Shown: positions 1 through 10,270 of the stretch, one piece after another
How positions within the stretch are numbered: position 1 is the first letter of the stretch
Layout: the number at the start of each line of letters is the position of its first letter
Assembly: GCA_015231825.1 (NCBI GenBank)
Contig: JADGAV010000008.1
Coordinates: 78,515 to 142,514 of the forward strand
Direction of reading: 5' to 3'
DNA length: 64,000 nt
DNA from: SAR324 cluster bacterium
Lineage (GTDB): Bacteria; SAR324; NAC60-12
Position numbers and translations under genes: made by a program
The notes under the pieces: model-generated
Databases searched by the model: none
What the model was told of the DNA's origin: nothing
Seen by the model: only the letters and a program-made list of their open reading frames with translations

Positions 1-1
1 A

Positions 2-481
2 GCCATATTAGCTTCCAGTAAAAAATCTAAAGAATTGCAGCATAGAATGCAGTTCTTCGAGAAGCTTCGCCAAGCCGCAATTGAAAGCGCAAACGGCGAA
101 GCGGCAAAATTAATTTCAAAAAAATGGGAAGTTCAAAAAAAGTCAGGACCAGGCGGACGTTTATTCGGTTCAGTGACAAATAGTGAAATTGCGTCCCTTC
201 TCCAGGACCAGGGATTTGAGGTGACTCGCCGAAACGTAGTCCCTTATGAACCGATCAAAACAGTCGGAACCCATAAAGTAAGTGTAAAACTGCACACCGA
301 AGTTAAGGTGGATATTGACATCAATGTCATTGCCGATCTGGTCGAACCAGAAGCTACTGCCGGTGGAGAAGGAGAAGTAGCCGAGGATCAGGCACAATCT
401 GCGGAAACCGAAGAATCAGAAGAATCCGTTGATTCCGAAGAAACCGCTGAGGCTGTCCAAGATACAGAAACGGCCTCCTGA
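2..481 (+). CDS. rplI: 50S ribosomal protein L9, 5'-truncated by the window edge, with acidic C-terminal tail
   Basis: Frame is open from position 2. L9 C-domain motifs GRLFGSVT and PIKTVGTHKVSVKLH; immediately upstream of dnaB, the conserved synteny. Confidence 0.95.
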   Translation, partial: AILASSKKSKELQHRMQFFEKLRQAAIESANGEAAKLISKKWEVQKKSGPGGRLFGSVTNSEIASLLQDQGFEVTRRNVVPYEPIKTVGTHKVSVKLHTEVKVDIDINVIADLVEPEATAGGEGEVAEDQAQSAETEESEESVDSEETAEAVQDTETAS

Positions 482-548
482 TTCTGCATCCTCGATGCAT
501 TGGGATGATTCAAAGAATTAGCCTGAATGCTCTTTCTTTTGAGTTCTT

Positions 549-1898
549 ATGGCTTCACAAGACTTTCCCACAGAATTATTGCCTCATGACAAAATTGCTG
601 AACAAGCAATTTTGGGGGCAATTATTATCAAAAATGAAGTCCTTCCTCAAGTCTCAGAAACCCTCTCTTCTTCCGATTTTTTTTCTCCTGCTCACCAAAA
701 GATTTACCAGGCAATCCTCGAACTGTCCGAACGGGGGGGACCCGTCGATGAAGTCACCCTCGGGACCTATTTAAAAGATCGAAGTCTTTTGGATCAAACC
801 GGAGGAGTGAACTATTTAGTCGAACTGGGGCAATCCACTCCGGTGGTCGACAATGTCGTTCATTACGCGCAAATTGTCCGTGAAAAAGGAAGATTGCGTG
901 AGCTGATCACTGCGGCCAATGAAATAGCCAAGCAAGGGAAAGAATCTCCTGAAAATGTGGAAGCCCTGATCCAACAGGCAACAGAAACACTAACCGGAAT
1001 TGAAGCACAGGGAGAGTCGAGAAAGAGTTACGAAGCGCTTGAAGTGATTCTTCATGAATTTCTGGATGAATTAGAACAACGGTCTGCATCTCCTGAAAAT
1101 GTCACGGGAATTCCCACGGGTTACACCGAATTGGATGAAATGACTCATGGTCTCCAAAATGGCGATTTGATTATCATCGCATCACGTCCCTCGATGGGGA
1201 AGACATCTTTAGCAATGAATATCGCTGTTTTTGCAGCTATTCAAGTAAAAATTCCGGTGCTTGTTTTCAGCCTGGAAATGCCCCGTGAGCATCTGGCGAT
1301 GCGATTGTTATGCAGCGAAGGAAGGGTCAACTCCCATAAGCTGCAAACCGGCCGTCTGGACAATGTGGACTGGGATAATCTTTCATTGGCTGCAGCAAAA
1401 ATTATGGATGCCCCAATGTTCATTGACGATCAGGGAGGGATCACTGCGATGCATGTTCGCAATGTCGCCAGACAGGTCCAAACTAAATACGGGGAGGTTG
1501 GGCTCATTCTGATCGATTATCTGCAGTTGATGCAGGGAGCTTCTCGCACATATTCCAGAGAGCAGGAAATTTCAGAAATTTCGCGGACCCTCAAAGCGAT
1601 TGCCAAAGAATTCAACGCTCCGGTAATCGCGCTTTCCCAGTTGAATCGGGATCTCGAGAGAAGAACCGATAAACGTCCGATGATGGCAGATTTGAGAGAA
1701 TCCGGCGCAATCGAACAAGATGCCGATATCATCATGTTTATTTACAGAGATGAAGTTTATAATGAAGAGACCGAGGACCAGGGTATTGCCGAAATTATCA
1801 TCGCAAAGCACCGCAATGGAGAAATCGGAACGAAACGACTGGCGTTTATTGGAAAGTATACTAAATTTGCCAATCTGAGTCTTCGAGAAAATCCCTAA
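549..1898 (+). CDS. dnaB: Replicative DNA helicase DnaB
   Basis: N-terminal PH..AEQAILG, Walker A SRPSMGKT, FSLEM, IDYLQL, LSQLNR, DLRESGAIEQDAD, KHRNG. Confidence 0.98.
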   Translation: MASQDFPTELLPHDKIAEQAILGAIIIKNEVLPQVSETLSSSDFFSPAHQKIYQAILELSERGGPVDEVTLGTYLKDRSLLDQTGGVNYLVELGQSTPVVDNVVHYAQIVREKGRLRELITAANEIAKQGKESPENVEALIQQATETLTGIEAQGESRKSYEALEVILHEFLDELEQRSASPENVTGIPTGYTELDEMTHGLQNGDLIIIASRPSMGKTSLAMNIAVFAAIQVKIPVLVFSLEMPREHLAMRLLCSEGRVNSHKLQTGRLDNVDWDNLSLAAAKIMDAPMFIDDQGGITAMHVRNVARQVQTKYGEVGLILIDYLQLMQGASRTYSREQEISEISRTLKAIAKEFNAPVIALSQLNRDLERRTDKRPMMADLRESGAIEQDADIIMFIYRDEVYNEETEDQGIAEIIIAKHRNGEIGTKRLAFIGKYTKFANLSLRENP

Positions 1899-1930
1899 AT
1901 GACCGCAGATTCAATCTGCTGTTCTGGTAT

Positions 1931-2947
1931 ATGGAGAGTTTTATGGCATCTTTATCTTCCCTGGATTTAGGCAGCGAAATGGGAGATCTGCTGGATGATA
2001 ACAAGCTTGCCGAATCCGCTGTCCTGCTGCTTCCTCCTAATATTCCTCTGACCTGTTTTCCCGTTATAATAGAAAAAATATTGAGCACTCTTATGGAACG
2101 GGAGTGGAAGCAGTTGAGCGAACGGGCACAAAACTATCTAAAATGGACTTCCGTCAAAGCCGAGTCGGTTGACGTGCTTGCTCCAAAAGACGTGACTCCG
2201 CCGACCAAAGGATTTGAAATGCTATCCATCGATCGGGACGGGCGAAGTTTCGGCGGTATGATGGAGCAATGCAAAGAATTGGGAATTCCTTCAATATTGA
2301 TCCGCTTTTCTTCTTTGATTGCGGCCTTGATCACATTACGACTGCTGAAACGGCAAACCGATATCTCCCATAGCAATTTAGCCACACTCAGGTTCACACA
2401 AAATGTGGATTCGGACTATCTGAACTACCCGATGGCGTTAAAATTGCTACTCGAACTGTTCCCGGAATGCAAAAACATGTTTTATTTTGAAGTGAACGAA
2501 CATGTGACCAAAGATTACTTGCCAACCATCAGAACTCTTGCTGAAGATCTGGGAATCGGATTTGTATTGGATGATTCCAATAAAATGGACCCGGAAGTCC
2601 ATTGGAAGCTTCTGGATTTGACCAATTGGATCAAGATTGATTTCCACGCAACCCTTCTCCTTGAACGTTATCTTGCAGCAAACAAAGGAGAGGAAATAAT
2701 TGCACATTTCGAAAAATATGCGAGCGGTTCGGGTTCCCGGGTGATTGTATTGGAAGGATTGGGGGACGAGTCCCCCCTGAAAACCTTTCTTCAGGAAAAC
2801 TGGAAATATGACCAGACATCCCTCTATTATCAAAGCCGTGAACGTTTACCGGTGGCTCCATGGGATCGGTATTTCGGCTTGATTCAGGATTATCGGCCTA
2901 ATGATTTCGGCCTGTTTTTTAAAGGTTTGATTACAAAATCCAAATGA
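1931..2947 (+). CDS. Divergent EAL-domain (cyclic dinucleotide phosphodiesterase-like) protein
   Basis: EAL-like motifs in the expected order: GFEML, TQNVD, FEVNE, GFVLDD, IKID, VLEG, YYQ. The DDFGTG loop is replaced by DDSNKM. Confidence 0.7.
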   Translation: MESFMASLSSLDLGSEMGDLLDDNKLAESAVLLLPPNIPLTCFPVIIEKILSTLMEREWKQLSERAQNYLKWTSVKAESVDVLAPKDVTPPTKGFEMLSIDRDGRSFGGMMEQCKELGIPSILIRFSSLIAALITLRLLKRQTDISHSNLATLRFTQNVDSDYLNYPMALKLLLELFPECKNMFYFEVNEHVTKDYLPTIRTLAEDLGIGFVLDDSNKMDPEVHWKLLDLTNWIKIDFHATLLLERYLAANKGEEIIAHFEKYASGSGSRVIVLEGLGDESPLKTFLQENWKYDQTSLYYQSRERLPVAPWDRYFGLIQDYRPNDFGLFFKGLITKSK

Positions 2948-3714
2948 ACAAAGAATTAGTCCGTTTAAAAAAACTGAGCCTTCAGGCAGATGAACTGAAT
3001 TCTTCAGGAAAGATTGAAGCCGCCAGGATCAAGATCATCGATGGTCTTGAACTCGCGATAGAAATTGATGCACAGAATTTTTTCTATTTTTTTCATGGAG
3101 AACTGAACTATTTGGATGAGCATCTTGTCGCCGCAACAGAGCATTATCGCAAAGCCTACGAACTGGCTCCTCAAAACTTGCTTATGCTGAGAGGATTGGG
3201 GGTAGCCTACAGCAAGCGGAATTCATTTCAAAAAGCACAGGCAATTTTTGATCGTGCTGTGAAATTGCACCCGCATGACCATCGGATCTGGCGCCAAAGA
3301 GGGGTAACGTACTCAAAAATGAAGGAATATGAGAATGCCTTAAAGTGTTTTGAGCGTGCATTGGATCTTGAACCGCAGGATTATCATTCTTATCGCCAAA
3401 GGGGAGTGACTTTCAGCAAGGCGGGGAAACCTGAAGAAGCTCTGATCATGTTTGCCAAAGCATTGTTTTTAAATGGCAATGATTTTCGTTCTTTGGATGA
3501 AAAGAGCAAAGTGCTCCGACAGTTTGGAGAAGAAGCCGAGGCAGCCAGGACCAGGAGTCTCTCAATAGAAATCGAGCAGGAGGTGACCCGAGTGCCTCCC
3601 CGCGAATCATTACTGGCACGCATCAAAATGAATCGGATCCGAAAAAACCAGCAAAGGATTCTCACAGAATTTCATACAGCAATTGTTGAAGAAAACAGAC
3701 CTTCTTTCAAGTAA
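2944..3714 (+). CDS. Tetratricopeptide repeat protein
   Basis: Several 34-aa TPR units (e.g. RGVTYSKMKEYENALKCFERALDLEP); ATGA overlap with the upstream gene. Confidence 0.9.
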   Translation: MNKELVRLKKLSLQADELNSSGKIEAARIKIIDGLELAIEIDAQNFFYFFHGELNYLDEHLVAATEHYRKAYELAPQNLLMLRGLGVAYSKRNSFQKAQAIFDRAVKLHPHDHRIWRQRGVTYSKMKEYENALKCFERALDLEPQDYHSYRQRGVTFSKAGKPEEALIMFAKALFLNGNDFRSLDEKSKVLRQFGEEAEAARTRSLSIEIEQEVTRVPPRESLLARIKMNRIRKNQQRILTEFHTAIVEENRPSFK

Positions 3715-4984
3715 TTTGAAAGTTTTCAGCCGCCATATCCTTTTGAATATCTCTTAGTAAAGAATCCGCTTTTCCTGATTCATGTGCCGTCAGCAACGCG
3801 TCCTGTGCTTTTTCGAAGACGTTTCTGAGCCAATCTCTTGGCGGTTTTCTTCCCAGCAATGTGGTAGCAATTTTATAGTAATAATGGATTAAGCTCCCAT
3901 ATTCCAAAAGGATCGTAAAATCAGTTGAAGATTTGGTAGAGGGGCCTATTTTTCCAACGGCGGTACTATAATAACTGTATGCGTTTTTAAAATTTTCCTG
4001 AACCTTTTTAGCAAGTTCCGGTTTTTGCTCCCCCTGGTAATGACTGACCGAGAGGTTCAAGGCGGTCATTGAAACACGTGCCTGAAAAAAATAGGGAAGC
4101 GGCTTATCAGGTTCAAGTTTGGTGATGAGCTCCAACATTTGATGGGCCGCAGGATAAAGCAGCGGAGTATAACGAATCATAAAAGCAATTTCTCGACCTT
4201 TTTTCATGATGTTTTTCATGTCTTCGGCCCTTTGCGCTTCTTCGACCATTCCCTCGTCCACCACATAATTTTGAATTTCATCCAAACTCAAAATCGATTC
4301 CTTATCGATCTGTGTTCCCGGATTTTCCCGTTTTCCCTGCAGTCCACGAAGGGTTTGTTTTTGAAAGGCTTTGACAATCGTCAAAGTCACCTGCAGTTCT
4401 CGCATGTGCTCCCCAATTTGCTGCAGCTGACTTTGTATATTTTCGTTTTTGCTATCAACATCTTTGAGTTTGCCTTCGATCCAGTTATATTCATCCTGGC
4501 ACTTTTCTCCCAATTTAGCAAAAAAACGTTCCTGTGAAGAAATCGCAATTTGAAGGGCCGGAGCGCTGATAGCGCCCAGACTGCATGCGACGTTCGCTTG
4601 TATGAAGAAGGTACGATGATTTTGATAAGACAAATTGCGACCGCTTTTTTTAGCAAGCGTGATCAATTCGAGTCGTGTTCGCATATCTGCCGGACGTGCC
4701 CGTAGCCGATTGAGAACTTTTTTTGCCACTTTGGTTGGATGAATCTTGTAAAGGGATTCTCCCGAAACATCAGTGGAAGAAATGGACTTACGGATGATTT
4801 GCTGAAAAAAATTTTGCTGCTTGAAGGTAAGCACCTCCTTTTTTATTTCTTCCACTTCTTTTTCGCATTCATCCATCACTTCAGTGAAATTCAACCGTTC
4901 TTCAGTCCGATGATCGTTACTTCCCCCTCCAGATGACTTTTGAGGCGTGTCAGCTTGTGCATTTTTTTTACTTTTATTAAACAT
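3707..4984 (-). CDS. Hypothetical alpha-helical protein
   Basis: ORF of about 425 aa with no recognised motif. ATG 4984 preferred over GTG 5002; converges on the TPR gene with an 8-nt overlap. Confidence 0.75.
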   Translation of the reverse strand: MFNKSKKNAQADTPQKSSGGGSNDHRTEERLNFTEVMDECEKEVEEIKKEVLTFKQQNFFQQIIRKSISSTDVSGESLYKIHPTKVAKKVLNRLRARPADMRTRLELITLAKKSGRNLSYQNHRTFFIQANVACSLGAISAPALQIAISSQERFFAKLGEKCQDEYNWIEGKLKDVDSKNENIQSQLQQIGEHMRELQVTLTIVKAFQKQTLRGLQGKRENPGTQIDKESILSLDEIQNYVVDEGMVEEAQRAEDMKNIMKKGREIAFMIRYTPLLYPAAHQMLELITKLEPDKPLPYFFQARVSMTALNLSVSHYQGEQKPELAKKVQENFKNAYSYYSTAVGKIGPSTKSSTDFTILLEYGSLIHYYYKIATTLLGRKPPRDWLRNVFEKAQDALLTAHESGKADSLLRDIQKDMAAENFQIT

Positions 4985-5198
4985 CTGATCCTCGAAGCAC
5001 ACATGAGACAGCGAAAAATACCATCATTTTATTAAAATCATCATCTACTAATGAAAGAACCGTACCCAACACTCATCACAAAGAAAATATGTTGTTGAAA
5101 CAAGTCAGAATCCAGTTGATTTGTGACCAGAAATCGCTTTCAGAAACCAATGGCTGATGCTCCATCAATTGCATTTTGAAGAAGGTCCTGAGTGAAAT

Positions 5199-6269
5199 TT
5201 ACTGTTTCCAGGTGAATGCCTTGTTTGCCAAATAATTCCAACTGATCCCCACCCATATACCGAACGCGCTGGCCAGAATCCATGAAACTTCCTGACTGAC
5301 CAGGTACCAGCCGATTGCAAGATTGTAGAAACTTCCCAAAGAACATGCTGCGTTGTAACGCAAAAATCCAGTCCACCACTCCGTTTTTAAAAAACGCTGC
5401 TTGGCAAATGTCCACTGATTGTTCCAGATATAATTAGAAATCAATGCAATTTCAATGGCGATCATCAGCGATAAGGGATAGAACCACTGCCATTGGATGT
5501 AGAGTAAATATAGGACTAAAAAGTGAACGGCAACGCCAGAGACGCCAATAATGCTGTAGTGGATAAATTGAAGACTGAAGCGGGCAAGGAAAGTTTGCGA
5601 GATGAGCAAATCAATAAAATCGAAAATCACTTTTGTGCTTAACTTGCTGGCACCGTGAAGCCGAACTCCAAATTCAAAGGGGATTTCCTTAATTTTAAGA
5701 TCTGGAGACTTTAACAGAATATCCAGAAGAATTTTGAATCCTTCAGTATACAATTTTGGTGCAATTTTGTGAATTAGAGAATGCTTCAGCATAAAGAAAC
5801 CGCTCAAGGGATCCGTGACTTTCTGCTTTAAAAACCGGGAAGCGAGTTCCGTTCCCAAGCGGCTGGTCCATTGCCGCCACCGATTCCATCCCGGAACAGA
5901 TTTTTGCTGCAGGTAACGTGAGCCAATGACCAGATCATACTCTGACATTTCCTTTATCATTTCTGGAATCAGCCGCATGTCATGCTGCATATCGGCATCC
6001 ATTACGACTAAATACTTTCCTGAACCCAGCAGAAATCCCTCGATGATGGCCGAAGTCAGTCCTTTGCGGTGAATCCGACGAATCAAATGGATATTTTGAT
6101 GTTGTTCTGAAAGGGATTTTGCCAATTGCCACGTTCCATCTTCTGAATTATCGTCCACAACAATAATTTCAAAAGAATAATCTTCCAACAAGACTAGCAG
6201 TTTTTCCACGATGATGGAGAGATTGGTGCATTCGTTATAGGTTGGAAGAATTACAGATAATTCAATCAT
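5199..6269 (-). CDS. GT2 polyprenol-phosphate glycosyltransferase (DPM1-like) fused to a GtrA flippase domain
   Basis: LPTYNE, VVDDNSEDGT, MDADMQH, DPLSGFF, R.HGASK; C-terminal 4-TM GtrA region (NYIWNNQWTF, WNYLANKAFTW). Confidence 0.92.
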   Translation of the reverse strand: MIELSVILPTYNECTNLSIIVEKLLVLLEDYSFEIIVVDDNSEDGTWQLAKSLSEQHQNIHLIRRIHRKGLTSAIIEGFLLGSGKYLVVMDADMQHDMRLIPEMIKEMSEYDLVIGSRYLQQKSVPGWNRWRQWTSRLGTELASRFLKQKVTDPLSGFFMLKHSLIHKIAPKLYTEGFKILLDILLKSPDLKIKEIPFEFGVRLHGASKLSTKVIFDFIDLLISQTFLARFSLQFIHYSIIGVSGVAVHFLVLYLLYIQWQWFYPLSLMIAIEIALISNYIWNNQWTFAKQRFLKTEWWTGFLRYNAACSLGSFYNLAIGWYLVSQEVSWILASAFGIWVGISWNYLANKAFTWKQ

Positions 6270-6512
6270 TCAATTTTGATTTGGTAAAAGGTGCGGGGAA
6301 TTCATTTGTGTCCAAAATTTCTTACCTCGATCAAATTTAGAATGTCAAGAAAGAGTGAGGCAACAAGAGTATCATTTTTTTTGAAGTCTCAGATCAAACA
6401 ACAGAAAAAAAAATCTGCCGGAAAATATTTTTTGAAATTGATTCGTCTGAGGACAAGGAAGGATCATTTCTATTCGGGAGAACCGTCTTCGGAAAATTTT
6501 CTTTTTTGAAGA

Positions 6513-6899
6513 CTATTCTTCACTGTTTTCGGTATCCACTGCAACTTCAGTTTGAATTATATCTTGCTGTTCCTCTGAGATATTGACGAACTGAAGCCCA
6601 ATTTCCCAAGATTCGTATCCTGCACTCGTAATTGGCTTTCTCCAGATCACCTGTGCCTTGATCTGCAGCGGTTCCTGGGCAATAAAGTCCAAAACATTGT
6701 TCCGCTGGAAATAAATCTCAAGTTTTACAATAGAATCCAGAGCTAAATCGATTCCAAGCTCGATTTGAATGCCATAGAGGGAAATATCCCTTGAATGTCC
6801 AGCCAAATGCGGACTATCGTCACGAACATATATCTGGATTGGAGTGTCCAGGCGCCAGCGTTGAGTTTCTCCTATTTCTATGAATCGCTCTGTTTCCAT
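6513..6899 (-). CDS. PilZ-domain protein
   Basis: DISLYG (D/NxSxxG), AQVIW and IGLQF; the RxxxR motif appears degenerate (QRWR). Confidence 0.8.
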   Translation of the reverse strand: METERFIEIGETQRWRLDTPIQIYVRDDSPHLAGHSRDISLYGIQIELGIDLALDSIVKLEIYFQRNNVLDFIAQEPLQIKAQVIWRKPITSAGYESWEIGLQFVNISEEQQDIIQTEVAVDTENSEE

Positions 6900-6931
6900 T
6901 CAATTCAGTTTCTCTTCATGTACATATTCTT

Positions 6932-8935
6932 TTATTCCGGACGGGCAACCAGCATATACAGTTTCGCTTCAATAAATAAATTGAGCAGTTCCTTGTCAAT
7001 GTGTTGATCTTTGGCCTCATATTCCAAAATATTTAACGCCCGTTCCGCGGGAATCGACTTCTTATAGGGACGATCCCATGCCGTTAATGCGTCATAGATA
7101 TCAGCGATTGTCATCATTTTGGACTGAAGAGGGATTTCATCTCCTTTTAATTTTAGCGGATAACCCGTCCCATCAATTTTTTCATGGTGAGCATAAGCGA
7201 TTTTTGCCACATCCTTTAAATTTTTTATCCAGGGAATAACACTTAGAAATTTATAGGTATGAATCACGTGAGATTCAATTTCCAGGCGGTCTTGCTCATT
7301 GAGCGATCCTTTCGGTACCGACAACGATGACACCTCATGGGGCCTGAGGAAAGGGATTTTTTCTTCATGGAGATCGATTGCCAGCAGGTCTCCAAATTCA
7401 TGCAGTTTTTCAAATCCGCCTTGCGCCAGAACAGTCGGTTCATTGCAGCGGATTATAAATTTGATGTAATCGTCTATTTCCGCCAGTCGATCAGCAAGTT
7501 CCCTGCTGCTATCTTCTAAATAGGACAATGCTTCTTCCCGGGATTTTTCCTGAAAATATTCCAACTGTCTTGCAGAGGTATCTGCTTCTATTGTTTTTCT
7601 GATGAGTTTAAACCGGTCTGCGACGGCCTGCTGCTCGTGAGGGTAAAGTTTTTTGGATTTGACCAACACCTCTTCCCTCACTCCGATTTTCCCAAAGTCA
7701 TGGAGGAGTGAAGCATAGCGCATTTCCTGAATCTGATCGGTCGTAAATGAGGTTCCGGCAAAAACCCCGGCCTGCCGGGAATTGATCGCTTCTGCCAATC
7801 CGACGGTCAGGGCGGCAACACGACTGGAATGCCCTGATGTTGTGGGGTCTCTGGATTCAATTGCTTTGACGCTGGCATTGACCAAACCATCAAAAAGTAT
7901 CTGAATCGAGTCCACCAAACGTTTATTTTGAATGGCAACTGCTGCCTGAGAAGCAATTGACTGGATTGCCTTTGCGTGCTGGGCAGTAAAAGAAGTCACT
8001 TCTTCCAGAATTGATTCAGGTTCTTTCAATTTTTCATGCGCATTTTTTTTACAGTTGATCAATTGTACCACACCTATGATCGTGCCATTGTTGTCAAACA
8101 TGGGGACCGTCAACATGGATTTGGTACGATAGCGGATTCCAATATCGAATTCGCGCCCCCCCCAACTGTAGTCCAGATCTTGGTCAATGAAGTAGGCATC
8201 GTCAATCAGGAGTGCCTGACCCGTAAGGGCAACATAGCCATAGATTGATTTTTTGCTGATCTCAACAACAAATGATTGAAACGGAATATGGCGGGAATCA
8301 TTTTTTGAAATTTCAAAGCGAAGACGCTTATTTTTAAAATAGTCACTCGGATCTTCCGGTATTCCGCGAACTTCCTCGATCAAATAAAGGCTTCCTCCGT
8401 CCGCATGGGTCAACTCCATCGAGTTGACAATAATAAGCTCCAAAAGACTTTCCTGGCTTTTTTCAGCGGATAAAGCAATACCGATCTCATGAAGCTGCTC
8501 AACTTCAGATTTATGATACTCCACTTCTTCTTCCAGGCCCCTGACATAACCTGTCTGCTCAAATATCTTAATGGACTCAAGCAGCACAAAATTCCAACGT
8601 TTTTGAGTTATCCCCGGGTCAATCCAGGCAAGGACACGGTGTTCCCCTTCCAATTCAAGGGCAGAACTTTCTTCTTCCAAAAGTATAATTCCGAAATTTA
8701 AATATTGATCGTCCGCTTGCTTTTCGATCCATTCCTTATATTCTGACTCCCGCAATACGATGATCAGGGGATGGTAGTTTTCGCTGGCATGAATTTCCAG
8801 AGGAGAAGCAAACGTCCGGATCATCAGTTGCGGCTGCTCTTCATTTATAACCGAGCTTGCTTTTAAACGTTCAAGTGAATGTGGAAGCGCCAAACATAAC
8901 TGATCCATAATATCTTCTGATCTCAATAGTGTCAA
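6932..8935 (-). CDS. GAF + HD-GYP c-di-GMP phosphodiesterase
   Basis: GAF domain (TKSMLTVPM, GVVQLIN). HD-GYP motifs RDPTTSGHS, LHDFGKIG, HHEKIDGTGYP, ADIYDALT..RPYK, with a long insertion after HD. Confidence 0.93.
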   Translation of the reverse strand: MTLLRSEDIMDQLCLALPHSLERLKASSVINEEQPQLMIRTFASPLEIHASENYHPLIIVLRESEYKEWIEKQADDQYLNFGIILLEEESSALELEGEHRVLAWIDPGITQKRWNFVLLESIKIFEQTGYVRGLEEEVEYHKSEVEQLHEIGIALSAEKSQESLLELIIVNSMELTHADGGSLYLIEEVRGIPEDPSDYFKNKRLRFEISKNDSRHIPFQSFVVEISKKSIYGYVALTGQALLIDDAYFIDQDLDYSWGGREFDIGIRYRTKSMLTVPMFDNNGTIIGVVQLINCKKNAHEKLKEPESILEEVTSFTAQHAKAIQSIASQAAVAIQNKRLVDSIQILFDGLVNASVKAIESRDPTTSGHSSRVAALTVGLAEAINSRQAGVFAGTSFTTDQIQEMRYASLLHDFGKIGVREEVLVKSKKLYPHEQQAVADRFKLIRKTIEADTSARQLEYFQEKSREEALSYLEDSSRELADRLAEIDDYIKFIIRCNEPTVLAQGGFEKLHEFGDLLAIDLHEEKIPFLRPHEVSSLSVPKGSLNEQDRLEIESHVIHTYKFLSVIPWIKNLKDVAKIAYAHHEKIDGTGYPLKLKGDEIPLQSKMMTIADIYDALTAWDRPYKKSIPAERALNILEYEAKDQHIDKELLNLFIEAKLYMLVARPE

Positions 8936-9273
8936 AAAGGTAGATTTGAGACTGTTCCTGAAACAAAAGATGTTTCATGAACATGCCAATTGTTCAAGTT
9001 AATAGTATTGAAAACACACAGTTTCAGAGGACTTCCAGGTTCTTCTTCCGGGTTTATATTCAATTCCAACAATGAAAAATAAAGGGCAGAATACTAATTT
9101 TCCTGAGATGCATTTCTACAGGGTAGAACAATTAAAAAAACTTTATCCGGAATCGACAACGAGGCAATTTGGAGGTCTCTGATCTACCATTTTTCTCTGT
9201 CCCCGTTTTACAGAACTGGAACAAATAAAGTCCTTAAGAAGTTTTTGGTGAATATTGGTCTTTTCAATCTCTG

Positions 9274-9777
9274 CTATTTCCTTCGTCTCCTTTTTTTTAG
9301 CAGCAACAGCCTGCGCTGAAGATCCAAACGCTCCATGTATTCATCATAACGTTCTTTATCCGTTTTCTCTTGCTCAGTAAGCTGTTTGGATTGTTTGTTC
9401 CGGGTATTCTGATTCTTGCCGGCTACTCTTCTTTGTGATGCAGAAAACGCCCCAACCGATTCTTGGAAACCTTTCAATTGTGCAGACTCTTCTTTGGACC
9501 GCCGTCTCTGCAGGCGTTGGTTGACCATTTTGACTTCTTCCATGTATCCGCTGAATATTGGTTCACGTTCTTCATAAGGCTGGATCCAGCTGCCGGAATA
9601 TCTTTTGTTTTGTTCAGCCCGATCCTTCTTCTCTTCGTCTTCCATCGTCCATTGCCGATATTCGACCTGGGAGCGAGGGTCATCATACGGATTGGTATAA
9701 TAGTCCGGAATTTGACGGCACCCAGACACTGTAATTAAAATGAGGAAGAACAGCGTCATCATTCTCAATGCTCGCAT
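9274..9777 (-). CDS. Hypothetical lipoprotein
   Basis: Signal peptide with lipobox VSGC; charged coiled-coil body and basic C-terminus. Confidence 0.65.
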   Translation of the reverse strand: MRALRMMTLFFLILITVSGCRQIPDYYTNPYDDPRSQVEYRQWTMEDEEKKDRAEQNKRYSGSWIQPYEEREPIFSGYMEEVKMVNQRLQRRRSKEESAQLKGFQESVGAFSASQRRVAGKNQNTRNKQSKQLTEQEKTDKERYDEYMERLDLQRRLLLLKKRRRRK

Positions 9778-9946
9778 AGGATTTCCACTGATAGATTGGA
9801 AAGAACCAGAAAAATTTGCACAAAAGAAACTTTAACATTTAGCCTCAACTATGAAATCGGCAATTCTTTGAGAAACTTGAGCTTATTTTTTTAAAAATAA
9901 TACGGAATTTTATGAAGGAGGGGATTCTTCTGGAATGTAATGCTGG

Positions 9947-10270
9947 CTATTCTAATTCGTCTGCTGTTTTGTAATTTTGAGTACAGGAATAGTGTCCATC
10001 AGGCACTACAGGATTATAATGCTGCAAGGAAACTATCTCACCGGAATTTCTTTTTTTGAGAAGAAGTTTTCGATTCTGGACGACAAATTGGGTGATATTC
10101 AATCGTCGGCATGTTTGATCAATCTTTTTTTGGACTTGAAGAGAATATGATCTGTAGGGGTGTACTTGCTTGTCGGAATTTCGGGACAATTCGCTGCTGC
10201 ATCCTGCCGCAGTACAAAACACAATCCAGCTTGCCAGGGTATACCATCGGAAATCGTTCACCAGGCTCAT
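9947..10270 (-). CDS. Small hypothetical lipoprotein
   Basis: Lipobox-like AAGC after a hydrophobic stretch; start overlaps the dnaA-like stop (ATGA). Confidence 0.6.
   Translation of the reverse strand: MSLVNDFRWYTLASWIVFCTAAGCSSELSRNSDKQVHPYRSYSLQVQKKIDQTCRRLNITQFVVQNRKLLLKKRNSGEIVSLQHYNPVVPDGHYSCTQNYKTADELE

Noticed and set aside
340-481. Acidic tail on L9, and likewise on GyrA
   Set aside because: Acidic low-complexity tails are common in both proteins.
8975-8992. TGGCATG sigma54-like -24 element upstream of the HD-GYP gene
   Set aside because: No GC at -12 with the required spacing.
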